Below are positions 46,101 to 60,082 of a stretch of 64,000 nt of DNA, piece by piece. Source of the stretch: Oopsacas minuta (Eukaryota; Animalia; Porifera); NCBI GenBank assembly GCA_024704765.1, contig JAKMXF010000319.1, positions 301,464 through 365,463 on the forward strand. Direction: 5' to 3'. The notes beneath the pieces are model-generated. The model was not told where the DNA came from. It searched no databases and was given only the letters and a program-made list of their open reading frames with translations. The position numbers and the translations under genes are program-made. The stretch's first letter is position 1. The number at the start of each line of letters is the position of its first letter.

Positions 46101-48044
46101 ATGATTGTGCGGTGTTTTTCTCAAATGGTGCAGGCACAAGCAAAAAATGTCCGTTCTGGTTGGAAATGTATATTCGGGGTTTTCCAGGTTGCTGCAGGTG
46201 ACAGCGAGGAGAGTGTTGTGTTTTTGGCGTTTGAAACTATTTCCATGATTTTTCAATACCATTTCCCCTCTACTATTGAATCTTTTCAGGAAGCAATGAA
46301 ATGTTTGAGTGAATTCGCATGCAACTCAAATTTTCCTGATATCAGCATGGAAGCTATTCGCTTATTCAGGAATACTGCAAAGCAGGTTCATGATTACCCT
46401 GACCTTTTCTATGAACAAATCTCACACCAATCAAGCGGCGAAGGTACATTCCATTTGGATCAGGAGAAGGTTTGGCTGAGAGGCTGGCTACCTGTGTTAG
46501 TGGAATTAGCTAGTGTTATGTCACGTTGTATGCTAGATGTACGCACACGAGGTTTGACAGTTATGTTTGAAATCATTAAGACCTATGGTGGTAAACTATT
46601 ACCAAATTGGTGGAATGACCTTTTCGCCTTAATTTTCCGTATTTTTGACCCAAGTAAGTTGCCAGAAATGGTCGAAAAAAGTGAATGGATGACCACCACT
46701 TGTAACCATGCATTGTATGCTTTGATTGACGTTTTCACTCAGTATTTCAATATACTTGCATCTTCACAATTCCAGCAAGTACTCGATCAATTAGTATGGT
46801 GTGTTCAACAGGAAAACGAACAATTAGCATGTTCAGGTACAAATTGCCTTGAAAATTTAGTTATTTATAATGGAGCATTATTTTCTGCACATTTTTGGGA
46901 CACCACAATTGAGTACATTTGGAAAGTTTACACTTTTACAGAACCAACTGAATTGATAGATATACTAGAAAATACACTCAAAGTAGCAGCAAAGGTTGAA
47001 ATTCAGGTTCAAGAAGAAATACATGAAGAAGCTATAGTCCCTGATATTGAAGCTGAAGACCCAATAACTCCAGTCTCAAGTAACAAGTTTATCAGTCCTG
47101 AAATATTGCATAAAGAAACACATCCCTCTACTGATTCAGATTCTAACATTAGTCTTGATTTGGAAACTATTAATGATTTCACAATTGTTGATGAAGATCA
47201 TAATTTGCCATCCAAAACTGTGTGTGAAGCTTCAGAGGGGCCAGGAGTTACTTCTGTTATTCCTCAGCCTAGAGAAAGTATCTCTTCCGTCGAGACTGGT
47301 GAATTACCCGAGATACAACTAGAGAAAAAGACAAACTCATTGCCTGATAGTCAACAAGAGAAACTCCATCGCTTCAATGTTGTTCAATTAGAGCTTATTC
47401 GTGCTATCGACCACATACTTTTCTACCCAACGACAACTAAATACGAAAATGATTTTATCTTTAACCTTAAAAATACTGCCAATCAATTCAATGGAAAAAT
47501 TCGACCAAAATTAGATCCTCGAGGTATGTTTTCCAAACTTTCAACGCCGCAATTGTTATCTCTTAACGAATGTCTTTCTAAGTCACACCAGAATTCAAAC
47601 CAAATTCTTGCCTTGGATGAAGAATTATCTAAAGATGTAAGGAATTACAAGAATATATATTTTCAGAAACTACTACTTATCGATATTGAGACTACAAGTA
47701 TTGCTACTGGATTTCGTATACTTTTCCATCTGTTGTTTTCTACTGAGCACGAATCTATGCATCAACATATTGAGAAGACTTTGACTAATTTAGCGGAACA
47801 CGCACTCAAAACTTTTCTTATCCTTCAGTCTCCTTTGTCTATTGAGCCATGGACAAGAGTTATATTATTGTACTTCTATTACTTAACACATATTCAACAA
47901 GGTGCTTATTTTAAGCGTCATCTATCAATAATCTACCCATTATTGATCAAGGTTTTACAACAGGCGCCAGTTTATTCATCTCATAACCTAGCTTACAACA
48001 TGTCTCTACTATTCGAGAAGATAGGCATCGAGTTTGCAATTTAG
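40192..48044 (+). CDS. ARFGEF1: Brefeldin A-inhibited Sec7 ARF-GEF (BIG1/BIG2 type); join(40192-40554, 41548-43171, 44332-48044) = 5700 nt, 1899 aa
   Basis: GT/AG sites (40555 GTGAGT, 41546 AG, 43172 GTAAGT, 44330 AG) keep the frame. DCB (YFLPFEL, KLISYGHL, TAKATLTQM), HUS (LYLNYDCDL), Sec7 (FRLPGEAQKVDRLMEKFA, MLTTDLHN) and HDS (FSLQKIVEISYYNM) motifs. ARFGEF1 vs ARFGEF2 cannot be resolved. Confidence 0.93.
40774..41081. mobile_element. PIF/Harbinger-like MITE (308 bp) in ARF-GEF intron 1, same TIR family as 95-779
   Basis: TTA-GGTCATGTAA...TACTTGTTTCTCATCC / GGATGAGAATAAGTA...TTACATGGCC-TTA. Confidence 0.75.
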
Positions 48045-48855
48045 CTAATTGACAGACAATCAATATAGTAGTAAAATATAAACCAAACTTTGTACTGATG
48101 TCAAAGAGTGTATAAATAGATATGACAGTAATATTGTATTAGTTTATTACATAACTCTATATCACTATAGAATATTATTAGTCGTCGAATACTTAATTCA
48201 ACTGAATGTGATATATTATTTAATTGTTGACTTTACTGTTGCAGTTATATAAAACTTATATTGCTGACTTTTCTCCACGTTTTGTTCAATTCTCAAAACT
48301 ATGTTAGAGGTGGGCTATTCGGAATTAGCCCAGCTGCTAAGACTCTAATATTAGGTTATTTCATAGCCTACTATACATAATGTCTAACAATAACTTTTGG
48401 CACCATGGATGGAGTATTAGCTGAAAGGATTTATAGAATGGTTTCTTTATTGCAGAAAAATGCATTTTTTGGACGAATAAATGTACTACATTTTGTAGGA
48501 CATCAAATTTCACACAAATAAATGCTAAAAACTTTCAGGTTTGTGTAAAAACGTGTCTAGTAAGCATTAATTTAGTAAAATATATATCATTCTTTGATGC
48601 CTAGTAGTAGAACGTTAAATATTGCAATTATCAACTCAAAGTGAATAAATGAAATGATCTATAGATCCTTTTATACAAAATATCAAAATTTATGATTCAA
48701 AAGGTGGCTCGTTGTTGAGTTGCGATAGAGACCATGGATTACGAATTTTAATTAACTTTCAATTATTACTCGAAAATCATTAAGAGCCTAGCTACAATGT
48801 CGCTGGAGTAGCTCTAGCTACAATGTCGCTGGAGTAGCTCTAGCGACATTGTAGC

Positions 48856-49031
48856 CAGGGTTGCCGTGGGAAGGAATTTCAATTCCCATTCCCATCCTAT
48901 CCTCACAGGATTTCTGTGGGAATTCTCATAGGATTATATATGGAATTTCAGAATTCCGATGGGATTCCCATAGTATAACTACTATTCCCATTTCCATCCT
49001 TATGGGAATTCCCATTCCCACGGCAACCCTG
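48856..49031. mobile_element. 176-bp hAT-type MITE
   Basis: TIRs CAGGGTTGCCGTGGGAA / TTCCCACGGCAACCCTG; perfect TSD ATTGTAGC. Confidence 0.85.
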
Positions 49032-50640
49032 ATTGTAGCTCAGCGTCATGTAAGTATTCTAATGTTTATATTCCATTTTGAAAAGTGTCACAGGTGAAAT
49101 AGGGACCTTATTGGGGCAATCCATTAACTCGGGCGGATTATGACTTCCCGTGAGGTTCGAGTTGCCTGATGTTGACTGTATTTGTTTTGTAGCATAGCTA
49201 CTAGTATACTACTAGTATTAGAAATGCACACTACTAAAATGAGCATGCTTGGCCGGCCGGCTGGCCGTTTCCGCTTTCCTGAGGTTAGTTTAAGAGATAT
49301 TGACTTGAAATTTTACAGAAGGTTTGATTCATGCTAATTTACGTACTATGATTACACACCATTTTGTTACTATTCTGTTTATCTTTGCGAAACTAAATAT
49401 GGTAAAACCCGGAATGAACATTTAACATAGATTACGAGGTCGCTTAAATCGTATTAAATCTCAGATTGATCGGAAAATCCCCGACACAATAATGGCGGAT
49501 AGAAGTTTTGATACGTCATCATCACTTGATGAAAATTTTCTATTAATTAATATCTCGAGTTAGAGATAAGATAGAAATGGACATATGACTGATGAAATGT
49601 TCAAAGTTAGGCCCTTTACAAGGTGATAGTGATTTAACACCTGAAGTGACAATGACGCAGCATTTCGTTTTTGGATTTTAATGTTTGTATGATCACTACG
49701 TCCTGATATTGTTATCAAAAGTGTCAAGTCATGTCTTCTAAAGCCTATATTACTCCCAGTCAAATCGGACCACGGATTTTGAGCATATTTGTTGTCGACA
49801 ATTTTGCTGCGTCATCATCAGTTATTTAATTATTCATTTTGTCGAATATCTCATGAATAAGAACAAATTGAAATATACTCACGACAGATGGAATGTTCAA
49901 TACAGGTGAACCTACAAAATGGGAAGGATATCCCTATGATGAGCTGATGATGATGTAGCAAAATCCAAAATGTCTGATTTCGGTTAATGTCCCCTGAATA
50001 GGGGTATGCGATGATTAAATTAATTGACAAACTGTGAGTGCAGCTCAGGGTTATGTGATTTTGTTCTTTTCAGGGGTGCCACCTCCCCTCTGACGCCCCG
50101 TGGAGATGCCGCAATTCACCAGACCCTGACTGATTGGGGCTCCTGGCTGGATCTGAGAAATATGTGAAAATATCATTTATCTTATGATTAATCACTAAGT
50201 GAGAGATTTGAAAATCTCAAAAATTGATATCTACATACTCGATTACCTCACTAGCAGTTACATGATATCTCTAGCATGATTTGAGAATGATGCAAAAAGG
50301 CGTGAAAATATGATTAATCGTATTTCAATTATGCGACATCTTAGAATTGAGAAAGTCGAATTCAATATAGCATTCCATAAATCATTTCCTTAACAACGGA
50401 TGAACAGATGATCAGACAACAAACAAACAATCAAATACACAACAATTTCTATTTACTAATATAGATATATACCACTTCTATCAACTAGGCAATGCTTTGT
50501 ATACACGCCTAATACCGTAGCTTTTACCTAGTAAATTTGTTACTAAGTAATTATCATTTGATGAAGGACATAAGAATTCGATACTATTTATCAACACCTA
50601 TTTAGTGTATTAACTATCTTGTAAGTAACTTTAGAATAGG

Positions 50641-50942
50641 CGGGGCGTTCTGTGACCATTTTGAGTGGGGGGGGGGGTGTAACTTCATGGATTTACCGAC
50701 GAACATACATTGTTCTATACGTGGAGGCAGATAGATTAAATTTCACAATTTCCCTGACCTGAAATAGGGATTCAGCAGGACAGCAACCGCGTAAGCTACG
50801 AATGTTAAGTCAGTCTAATCAAAGCTTTAGTGAATTATTTAAAAACTGGATATGAATCGATCAGTTTTGCCGACGACCCAGGAAATACCGACCAGATAAG
50901 CGAAAAGTGGGGGAGTTACACCCCCCGCACGGTAAGCCCCTG
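50641..50942. mobile_element. 302-bp hAT-type MITE
   Basis: Imperfect TIRs CGGGGCGTTCTGTG / CACGGTAAGCCCCTG; perfect TSD AGAATAGG. Confidence 0.75.
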
Positions 50943-51454
50943 AGAATAGGTGTTATTAACTAGTACTAGATTTTGACCACTATAATACTCGGATTTGATA
51001 CCACTCCCTTTTACCCCAACCTCTCTGTAATCAGCTCACGACAAATTTGGCTTATAATCCATATCTCTATTACAGTATCAGTTGGAATCGGGTTCGGGTT
51101 GGAAGTTGATCAATTCGAACTTTGTGCGTAATTTTTAAATTCAATGATTTAATTCTATTTTTTGAAAGATTATATTTACATTAGAAACATCAAATGGAAC
51201 TTTAATGAAATGGCCTCAAAAGGACATTACGGGATAAATATTAGTAACCCATAATATTGCAAGAACAATTTTCTTTAAAATACAAAACATACTAACTATT
51301 AAATTTACTCAATTTATTTACTTAACTTAACTTGATTTAATGAGATGTCAACAAAAATTATATTTTAGAGGAATTTCAGTTAATATCTACACTTATTTGC
51401 ACTTGGGGTCCGGTTCGGGTTCTGATAAGTGGACCCGATTCCAACTCTGTACAG

Positions 51455-51767
51455 CAGGCTTGGACCGGGTCATGATTTCTTGACCCGGTGACCCGGTTTT
51501 TCAAAACATTAATTTTCTATATTCATGCGATTTGATAATGATTAGATTTTACTAAGTTTGAAATATCCAAGGATTTGGCAATGGAAATCCAGGGAAATTT
51601 GTAGAAGTTTAGTAAAAATACTAATGATTCATGAAATGAAACGTCAAACTAATATTGACTGAATCTTTACGATTTACAAACCGATATAATTTAATTATCT
51701 ATAAGGATATAAACCGGGTCAAGTCAAAATCAGTGACCCGGTTTATTCGTGACCCGGTCCAAGCCTG
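51455..51767. mobile_element. 313-bp hAT-type MITE
   Basis: TIRs CAGGCTTGGACCGGGTCA / TGACCCGGTCCAAGCCTG; TSD CTGTACAG; internal GACCCGG repeats. Confidence 0.8.
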
Positions 51768-52473
51768 CTGTACAGTATATCTGGGGATAGCTAGTATGTG
51801 TGTGGAAATCCCAGTTTGCCCACCCCTGTATGCAAACTTGAACCATAACCTATGAGCGGGCTCTATACAGACAAACGTTTATTCCTATCCCAAGTCTCCT
51901 TCTAAAATCTATTATCTCAATCTAAGTTGGCTCTTTTATTGAAAAATGGTAGAGAATTTGAATTATTCAAATCATCAATTACACAAAATTTCAAACACTA
52001 AAAGAGGGATTAGATAAAGTCTGTGTTAATAGAAGGTTGACAAATTCATCTACAGAATATTTCAGTTTGAGCAAGATGGGATTAAATTTATTTGAAATAT
52101 CGCCATTTAAATTTTAGATAATTCATTGAGTAGATAATGAATAATGAATTAGCCAACTTATATCTCAATAATCTTTGTTTACAACTTTGTCAATTGTTAG
52201 ATTTCAATCCTTTCGACAAAATATTACTCAAAATTTGTTTTTTTATTACCATAGAATGAAATATAATTTATTATTGAATAATTATCCCAACTGTTAACAT
52301 TAATTGATTCCTTTAAATTGAAATCAAAATCAGCTAATCTTTTCCTTATAAGAACCTCTATAATGTTACCATATGTCTAATCTATTCTATACTTAATCTA
52401 CTTTGTATATAAGTATGCAGATATAAATACTATAATATCAATCTTTGATATTTCCATTAATTTATCTTTTGTA

Positions 52474-52698
52474 ATGGCAAATTTATGTATAATTTGGGGT
52501 CTACTATGGCTGATTATTCTTTTAATAATTGCTTGGCCCATTGCCTTTTTTGCAGCTCCTTTCTATGTCTTTTTTCTACCTTTCGAGGCTTGTTGTAACT
52601 GTACAAAAGAGATCACAAGGTTTATTTTTTGGATTGTAAGTTTTCCTAAATTAGCAGCAAAGAATATGATTGGAGGTCACCCCCTCCTTTGCAAATAG
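52474..52698 (+). CDS. 74-aa hydrophobic, Cys-containing membrane microprotein of unknown function
   Basis: ATG-to-stop ORF with long hydrophobic stretch (IIWGLLWLIILLIIAWPIAFFAAPFYVFFLPF), then ACCNC and a C-terminal LLCK; TATAAAT about 50 bp upstream. Confidence 0.65.
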   Translation: MANLCIIWGLLWLIILLIIAWPIAFFAAPFYVFFLPFEACCNCTKEITRFIFWIVSFPKLAAKNMIGGHPLLCK

Positions 52699-53939
52699 TT
52701 TTGGATGTTTTCCACATTGAAGATGTGATTAGATAATATTTATTTGTTTCATTATATTATTGATGTGGAAGGTGTAGTTATTTTGAGAATGACTAATTAT
52801 TAAATTTTGATATTAGGTTGAATTGTGTAGCCTGCTTCTAAGTTTATTAGAGGCATTCTAATAATATAATTTGGGGCCTTTTAGACCTGTTTGGTCACGT
52901 TTGGTTAAATTGTTCATTGAGCTTCAACTTAACCAAAAATCTATATAAACAATCTCTGTGACCACAGTGTGGCCAAGTTTGGTCATATGACCATCAGTGG
53001 CGTCACAAGGTATTTGGACCCCTCGACCAAAACTCGTTCGAGGCCCCTTCTATTCCCTAAAAATTCAGGATTCTTAATCTCAAGTCTCAACTCTCAAATT
53101 CAATAACCTACGCTATTAAAACGCAATTAACCGATTACGGTCGCAGTCTTACGCTCGTAATGAAAAGGAACACTATATTTACTACTACGTGTTAACCAAT
53201 TCCCCCACAAAAATGAGATTTTACCACCTTTTTGAAGTCATAAAATTATGAAGGTTGCACCCGAATATTATCAGTATTTGGTTAGGTTGCTATTCATCAA
53301 TACTGATATTCGGTTTGATGGGTTTCAACCTTGAAAATTATGCATTTTCCCGGCCGTATTCTGTTTATCTATCTATATATGTATATGTATATTCTTAATA
53401 TATTTACTGTGCTGAGACTGCTGACTATACTAATTTAGTATCAGGGTCAGTATTAATGTATATTTTAGTCAACTTGACGATATAGAATCCCAAGATGCTC
53501 ATATCTCCATTTTTGTAAGAGATAGAATCATACTCGCAATTGATGAAGTATTGTAGAAGTTAAACGGGATACGAGAGCCATAATAATGATAACGTCATCA
53601 TAGTGGAGGTTGTGATGAAGCAAATTTTCGAAAATTAAGTGAAACATGAGTGTTTGCATACATTCACAAAATATTGAATGTTTTGCAAAGTCAGTCAACA
53701 TGACGCCACTGATAAGTAGAATGCTCGTAACAAGAGGCGGTGAACATGCTGTTAACAACTACACTTTTCCAATCAATTAATTCTTTAGCGTTGCCATTAT
53801 TTGAGCTTTTGAACATAATCTTTGTGCTCTTATCAGTCATATTCAAGTGTTAACATTTTTTGAGCTGTTAACAGCCAAATTCCAACCTTTTGCGTCTTCC
53901 ATTTTCTTCAATCAATCCCGAACATACAAACATATACAT

Positions 53940-54047
53940 ATCTATACAGTCCCTTCTGTTTCTACACAATTGGGAATTACAGTAGATGATAAAGATAGAA
54001 TTATTGTTGTAAGCCATGATAGTGCGAATTCTCTACAGATTATTTAG
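53940..54047 (+). pseudogene. Isolated last-blade fragment of an NHL gene
   Basis: ..STQLGITVDDKDRIIVVSHDSANSLQII*, similar to the ends of 54920-55456 and 59005-59445. Confidence 0.6.
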
Positions 54048-54599
54048 TTCTATAACAGGTGTATTTCATATATTACTTGAGCGGTTCGCTTCATCGCGCT
54101 ACGCGGTTGCGAACTCTTCGTGTCCGAACTGGGGCCCTCGAGTACATACACTCATAATCTAGAACATCTGGCCATTGGAATTGGCTTCTAAGAACAATAT
54201 TGCGTCATAACCCACAAGCTACAAGCTCAAACAGTAAAGGCTGACCTTACCCCTGTATACTTACTAGCTGGATTCGCGTTACGAAGTTACTTCACAAGCA
54301 CTCCTGTACGCATTTCATACTTACTTACCCTTTATGGTAATTCCTGGAATTTTGACAAAATTTGTTGTATGGTATCTGAGAACTAGTTTGTACTGCCGAC
54401 AGAATAATCCGCGACAGATCTAATTCGCCCTGACATATATAGTATTCTATGTAAATTCATATAATTATATAAATTTGATGTCTCTCTGTATAGGTCTCTG
54501 TATTGATTTGTATTTATAGTTAGAGCTCATTACTTATAGTCAAATAGATATGTTATATTATTTGAATTGTTTCATTATTCTAATTACAGAACTGAACTA

Positions 54600-55456
54600 A
54601 TGGCTAGAGCTAATACTTTAGAGAGAATATTCTCTGTAGACTATAAGAGCAAGATACAACCTATAGTCAGTGTTTGTAAATTGGGAAAGGGGCTAGAAAA
54701 TCTCATCGGGCCTGGAGGAGTAGCTATTGATAATTCTACTGGAGATATCTATGTAGCAGATTACGAGAATAGTGTTAAAGTATTCGATTGTAATGGTAAG
54801 ATTATGTTAAAATTTGGGGATGAGGATGGAGAAGGAAAGATGTTTTGTCCAGTTGGGTTAGCTATATGTAGAAATAGAATTCTAATTTCACAAAGTAGCC
54901 ACGTATTCTTAATTATCAAGTGAATGGAGAGTTTATTTCTAGAATAGGGATACCTGGGGAAAGAGAATTGGAATTTGATTCTCCTCATGGTCTGACATTT
55001 GATGAATCTAACGGAGAGGTATATATATGTGATTCTGAAAATGCTCGTATTCAGATACTGTCCAAAGAACTTACCTACAAGACACAGTTTGGGCCAGAAC
55101 ACCTCAATTTTCCTACTGATGTTAAACTTACAGAAGAATTCATTTATATTCTTGATCAATCTAATCCTTGTCTTCATCTGTACAACTACAATCTTATTCT
55201 ACATAAGAGAATTATCTCTGGAGGATATGGATCAAAGCTGATTTATCCATATTTCTTCTGTATTGACAATTCTAACAATATTCTTATCACAGATTATTCT
55301 ATTATGTCTTCTTCTCGCTATATTTCTATATTCAACTGTCAATTTGATTTGATACACAAGATATCTATACCTGATCCTACTGGTATTACAGTAGATAACA
55401 AAGGAAGAGTTATTGCAGTATGTGTTGGAGGTCTACGTCTTCTCAATATATTTTAA
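54600..55456 (+). pseudogene. NHL-only protein, subfamily B copy 1 (no coiled coil), one frameshift at about 54903
   Basis: ATG at 54600; ORFs 54567-54923 and 54920-55456 join with a 1-nt deletion relative to copy B2. Could be a sequencing error. Confidence 0.8.
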
Positions 55457-57569
55457 TAAATGCATTCATCCGCAACTAAACTTTAATTATGAGGGTAATT
55501 AATAACGTCTGGGCGCTGATAGTAAATTCTTTTTCTGAACAGGTTGTATTCCTTATCAATTAGTAACAGTATGTATATATGTATAATGAGATTTGTATTT
55601 TGTAGATTTGTGTGATAACTTAGATTAGGTATTAACTCACATAAGTTATATCTTACAATTATATAATTGCATTAGTACGTATTAACGAGGTTCTGCTGTA
55701 TAAATAGTATAAAGTCTGCTGGCATAGTTGTCAACTATTGGAAAAATTCTTTACAAATTAGTTGAGATTCGCTAGAATTCGAAATATAATTGATAGCTAA
55801 TAAGATATCTACCTACCAAAGGAGAAATTTTGTTCAAATCCTAATTTATCAAAGGAATAGCTTCAGTTTCCCCACAAAAATGGGACTGCTTTAACATTTC
55901 CATTAACTAAAATCTAAACTGACTGAAAATATATATTTGAAATGGCAACAAACATGAGCCAAGTAACATTATCGAAAGCTAAGAAGATGTGAAAAATAAA
56001 TTCAGTGGAGACATAAACAAATTGGTTTGGCTTAGATTTCTTATAGAAACTAAGCTAATTCATCAAACAACTAAATATGTATATCAAAACTTCAAATACA
56101 ACTAAAGAGATCCTGAGATAGCCGATTTGACAGCAATGAATAAAAATATCTATAAACCAGGGTTGAAACCGAATAGTAGAATATTTAGTTAGTTAAAAAC
56201 TACACCAAAAATACAATGGTAATATTATAGAATCTGCATAAACAGACGCCTGTATAATCCAGAAGACTTCTATAATCCGACAGTGTTTCTGATCTGAAAT
56301 AGCTTGAACTTGGCGCATTACGCCTCGAGGTATCCATTATTCTCCAAATTGACGGCCCATTTGAGTATTATACTATAGATATATTACAAATATACTTATA
56401 TGGCATATATTTTATAGAAATAGTTGTAAGATCAAACCCCCTTTTGTACCCGTTGAGGGCAAGTATCTACGTAAATTATGAGATTTACTCATTTTTTCTT
56501 TTCTATTCATAAAAACAACAATAAATTTACATATCAACAAACAAACAAACAAATAATAATTGAGATTTAATAATATTGTTGTTAACAATACCATATTCGG
56601 ACTCAGCATACTCGAATACCCCAGTATAGTCGTTTAATGTATGATTCTACCTCAATTTTGGAATTTGTTTACTGTATATTCATAAAAACAACAATAAATT
56701 TACATATGATTCTCCACAAAGTGTGAAAATCTGATTTAGCATGTTCGATATATTTAGTCAAGTTATATAGAATACTATTTACTTCCTTGGTAAACACGAA
56801 AAATAAATAGCTATGCGACAATTTCAAAATTACATATCGTAAATCCTATCCTTAACACAAACAAACAAACAAACAAACAACAATTGTGATGTAATAATAT
56901 AAATAGTATAGTAGTACAGTCAAACTTGACATAAATTGATGGCAACCTCTGTATATACAGAATAATGGTAAAGTGTACATAGCGACCACATGAAAGCGAT
57001 ACCCTCCTAATTCCCATTGCAATGAACTCATTATAGTGGTATCCTGTCAACCGTCCTGCCTTGGATAGGACATCCGATTTATTGGTCATGCATGAAATGT
57101 TTTGTTAAGTACTGGAGGACAAACAATTGTTAACATCAATTTAGTAATGATTCAGGTTGTATCGTTGTAATCACTAAATTGTTGTTAGACTACTAACAAC
57201 TGATCCTATGGTACATGACCCTCGTTAACCTGAAATTCACTACCTAATCGTGAAAGATGTCATAACCAATATCGAGTGTAATAAAAGCACTAAAAATGTG
57301 ATACATAAGGCAATATTATATAAATGTTAAATTGTTAATCCTTAAAGCATCTCCAGTGGTGCTTAGGAGCGAGCCAGGGTCCTACTTATATAATGGAGAC
57401 CTGGGGAAATCCCCCACAAGTTACCAAATCCCAAGAAGATCTCCCCCGCCGTCCAAACTCCAAAGAGAGCGTAATATATATATCAGCGACTCGTCGACGG
57501 AGCATTCTCTTTTGATCTTATCTGGGAACAGCCCGTAGAGTACGAGTTCATACATTCAAACTCAAAACG

Positions 57570-57947
57570 ATGCAGCCCAATCCTAAGTGTTGTATATGTG
57601 TGGCTCCACATGACTTGGAACAACTACTAAAACTTTGCGTGGATTCGGACAATCCTTCTACAAAAAACCTCCTGGAAACCGCTGTTTTGAAAGGTACTCG
57701 TTTGAACGAGTTCATATATTTGATGAATTCACGGAGTAGTACCATTACATCAATGGAACGCCTGTTGCGATCCAAGTCCCTCTCCCACTTCTCGAAGTTA
57801 AGGGTTCTAATCTCCCTAATGCAGCATCGCACTATATCGTTTTGTCGAACCGCACCATCAACGTACAGTGACACCAGATCAATCAAGGAAGAAAAATCAC
57901 AGGAATGGGAGGAATACTGTAGACGTAGAATTTCCTCCCATCACTGA
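57570..57947 (+). CDS. Hypothetical 125-aa ORF, no recognised family
   Basis: ATG-started ORF in a locally GC-richer segment; no motif recognised. Confidence 0.25.
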   Translation: MQPNPKCCICVAPHDLEQLLKLCVDSDNPSTKNLLETAVLKGTRLNEFIYLMNSRSSTITSMERLLRSKSLSHFSKLRVLISLMQHRTISFCRTAPSTYSDTRSIKEEKSQEWEEYCRRRISSHH

Positions 57948-58594
57948 ACCCCACTTATAACTCTCCAGAAGCTACTACAGTTACTCGTAACAAGATTACA
58001 GAATTAGTTATTTTTGTATTTCTAATATTGATAATTGACCTTTAGTTACATTTATATATTCCCGTAAGTTGACATTTCTAATTGTTATGCGAGCAAAGGG
58101 AGGCGAAATTTTACAGTTTGGATATTGAGCCAAGGGATGACCTGGGGCACGAGATCTTGCCAAGGGGGGGTATAGCCCACCATGCCCCCCCGTGGAGAAG
58201 TCCTTCTGGTGACTTAGGAATGAGAAGGAATCTTAAGGATAACTTGTGGGACATAGGAACGATCCCCATGTGAGAGATCTCACGTGAGAAAACCCAAGAA
58301 TTCACATAGAAAATTCTGGCTAATGAGAATCAATAAGTAATTCCAATTTCAAACCTTAAGTGGCTCTAGGTATCGCATGGGAGGATAAGTTAGGACTACC
58401 ATATCAAATATGAATATAAGAATAGAGGAATATACTGTATTCTATTTGAATTCATATAATTATATAAATTTGATATCTCTCTGTATAGGTCTCTGTATTG
58501 ATTTGTATTTATAGTTAGAGCTCATTACTTATAGTCAAATAGATAAGTTATATTATTTGAATTATTTCATTATTGTATTTACAGAACTGAACTA

Positions 58595-59445
58595 ATGACT
58601 ACAGCTAATACTTTAGAGAGAATATTCTCTGTGGGCAAGAAGAGCAAGATACAACCTATAGTCAGTGTTTGTAAATTGGGAAGGGGGCGAGAAAATCTTA
58701 ATTACCCAAATGGAGTGACTATACGTAGATAATTCTACAGGAGATATCTATGTAGCAGATTGTGAGAATAATTGTCTGAAAGTATTCGATTGTAATGGTA
58801 AGATCATGTTTAAATTTGGAGATGAGGAAGGAGAAGGAAAGATGTATCGTCCGAATGGGTTAGCTATATGTAGGGATAGAATTCTTATTTCACATAGAAA
58901 CGACTGTATTCTGAATTATCAACTGAATGGGAAGTTCATTTCTAGAATAGGGAAACCTGGGAAAGGAGAATTGGAATTTGATTATCCTCTTGGGCTGACA
59001 TTCGATGAATCTAGCAGAGGTATACATATGTGATTCTGAAAATAATCGTATTCAGATACTGTCCAAAGAACTTACCTACAAGACACAGTTTGGACAAGAT
59101 TACCTCGAATCTCCTCTTGATGTTAAACTTACAAAAGAATTCATTTATATTCTTGATCGATCTAATCCTTGTCTTCATCTGTACAACTATAATCTCATTC
59201 TACATAAGAGTATTATTTCTAGAGGAGATGGATTAGAGCAGAATAATCCCAATTTCTTCTGTATTGACAATTCTAACAATATTCTTATTACAGATTTTAC
59301 TTCTCGCTATATTTTTATTTTCAACTCACAATTTTATTTAATCCACAAGATATTTATAGATTATTCTACCGGTATTACAGTAGATAACAGAGGAAGAGTT
59401 ATTATAGTTTGTGAAGGAAGTAAACATTGTCTCAATATATTTTGA
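58595..59445 (+). pseudogene. NHL-only protein, subfamily B copy 2, two frameshifts (about 58722 and 59015)
   Basis: Colinear with 54600-55456 including about 155 bp of upstream sequence; NHL blades split over three frames. Confidence 0.85.
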
Positions 59446-60082
59446 TGTTTTTATATTTTGCTAATTTTCATATCTTTGTTTATGTTTCCTATTTAGAATA
59501 ACTATTTTGTTACTTTTGAAGAAACTATATGATTGTTCCTTTTTGTTATTTCACATCTTATATAGGTTGCCTTTATTTTATAATGACGCCATAAACCCGC
59601 ACTCTCTTTCTATTTCTAGTTTTGCGATCAACCCCAAATTTCTATTCTAAAACCTTGATACGATATTCTCCATAATTCAGATATCATATGTTCCTCTCCC
59701 GTAGGGGCATGTTCAGTGATGTTTTACCAAAAAACAAAGTGCGATGAGGCCTTCCTCATAAAGTGGACTCGATATTTGTTGTGACATATTATATAACTGG
59801 GTAGTGAATTTCAGGTTAGCGAGGTGTCATGTACATAGACGTCGGACTTTTCATAATTCGGAATAAAGCTAACGGGGGCCAGGCCCACGAGGCTTTGGGT
59901 TCATTACGTCATACATAGTGCGTCTCGTATAATAAGTCTTAAACATTTAATTTAGCCAACAAAATTGAACAAAAGCATAATCTCTATAGAGTTTGTACCA
60001 ATTATATTCGCCGATTTCAATATTTTACTTGCGCTCTGCCTTACTAGTTAATTCTTCGAAGTCCAATCTACCCTTAGTATTT

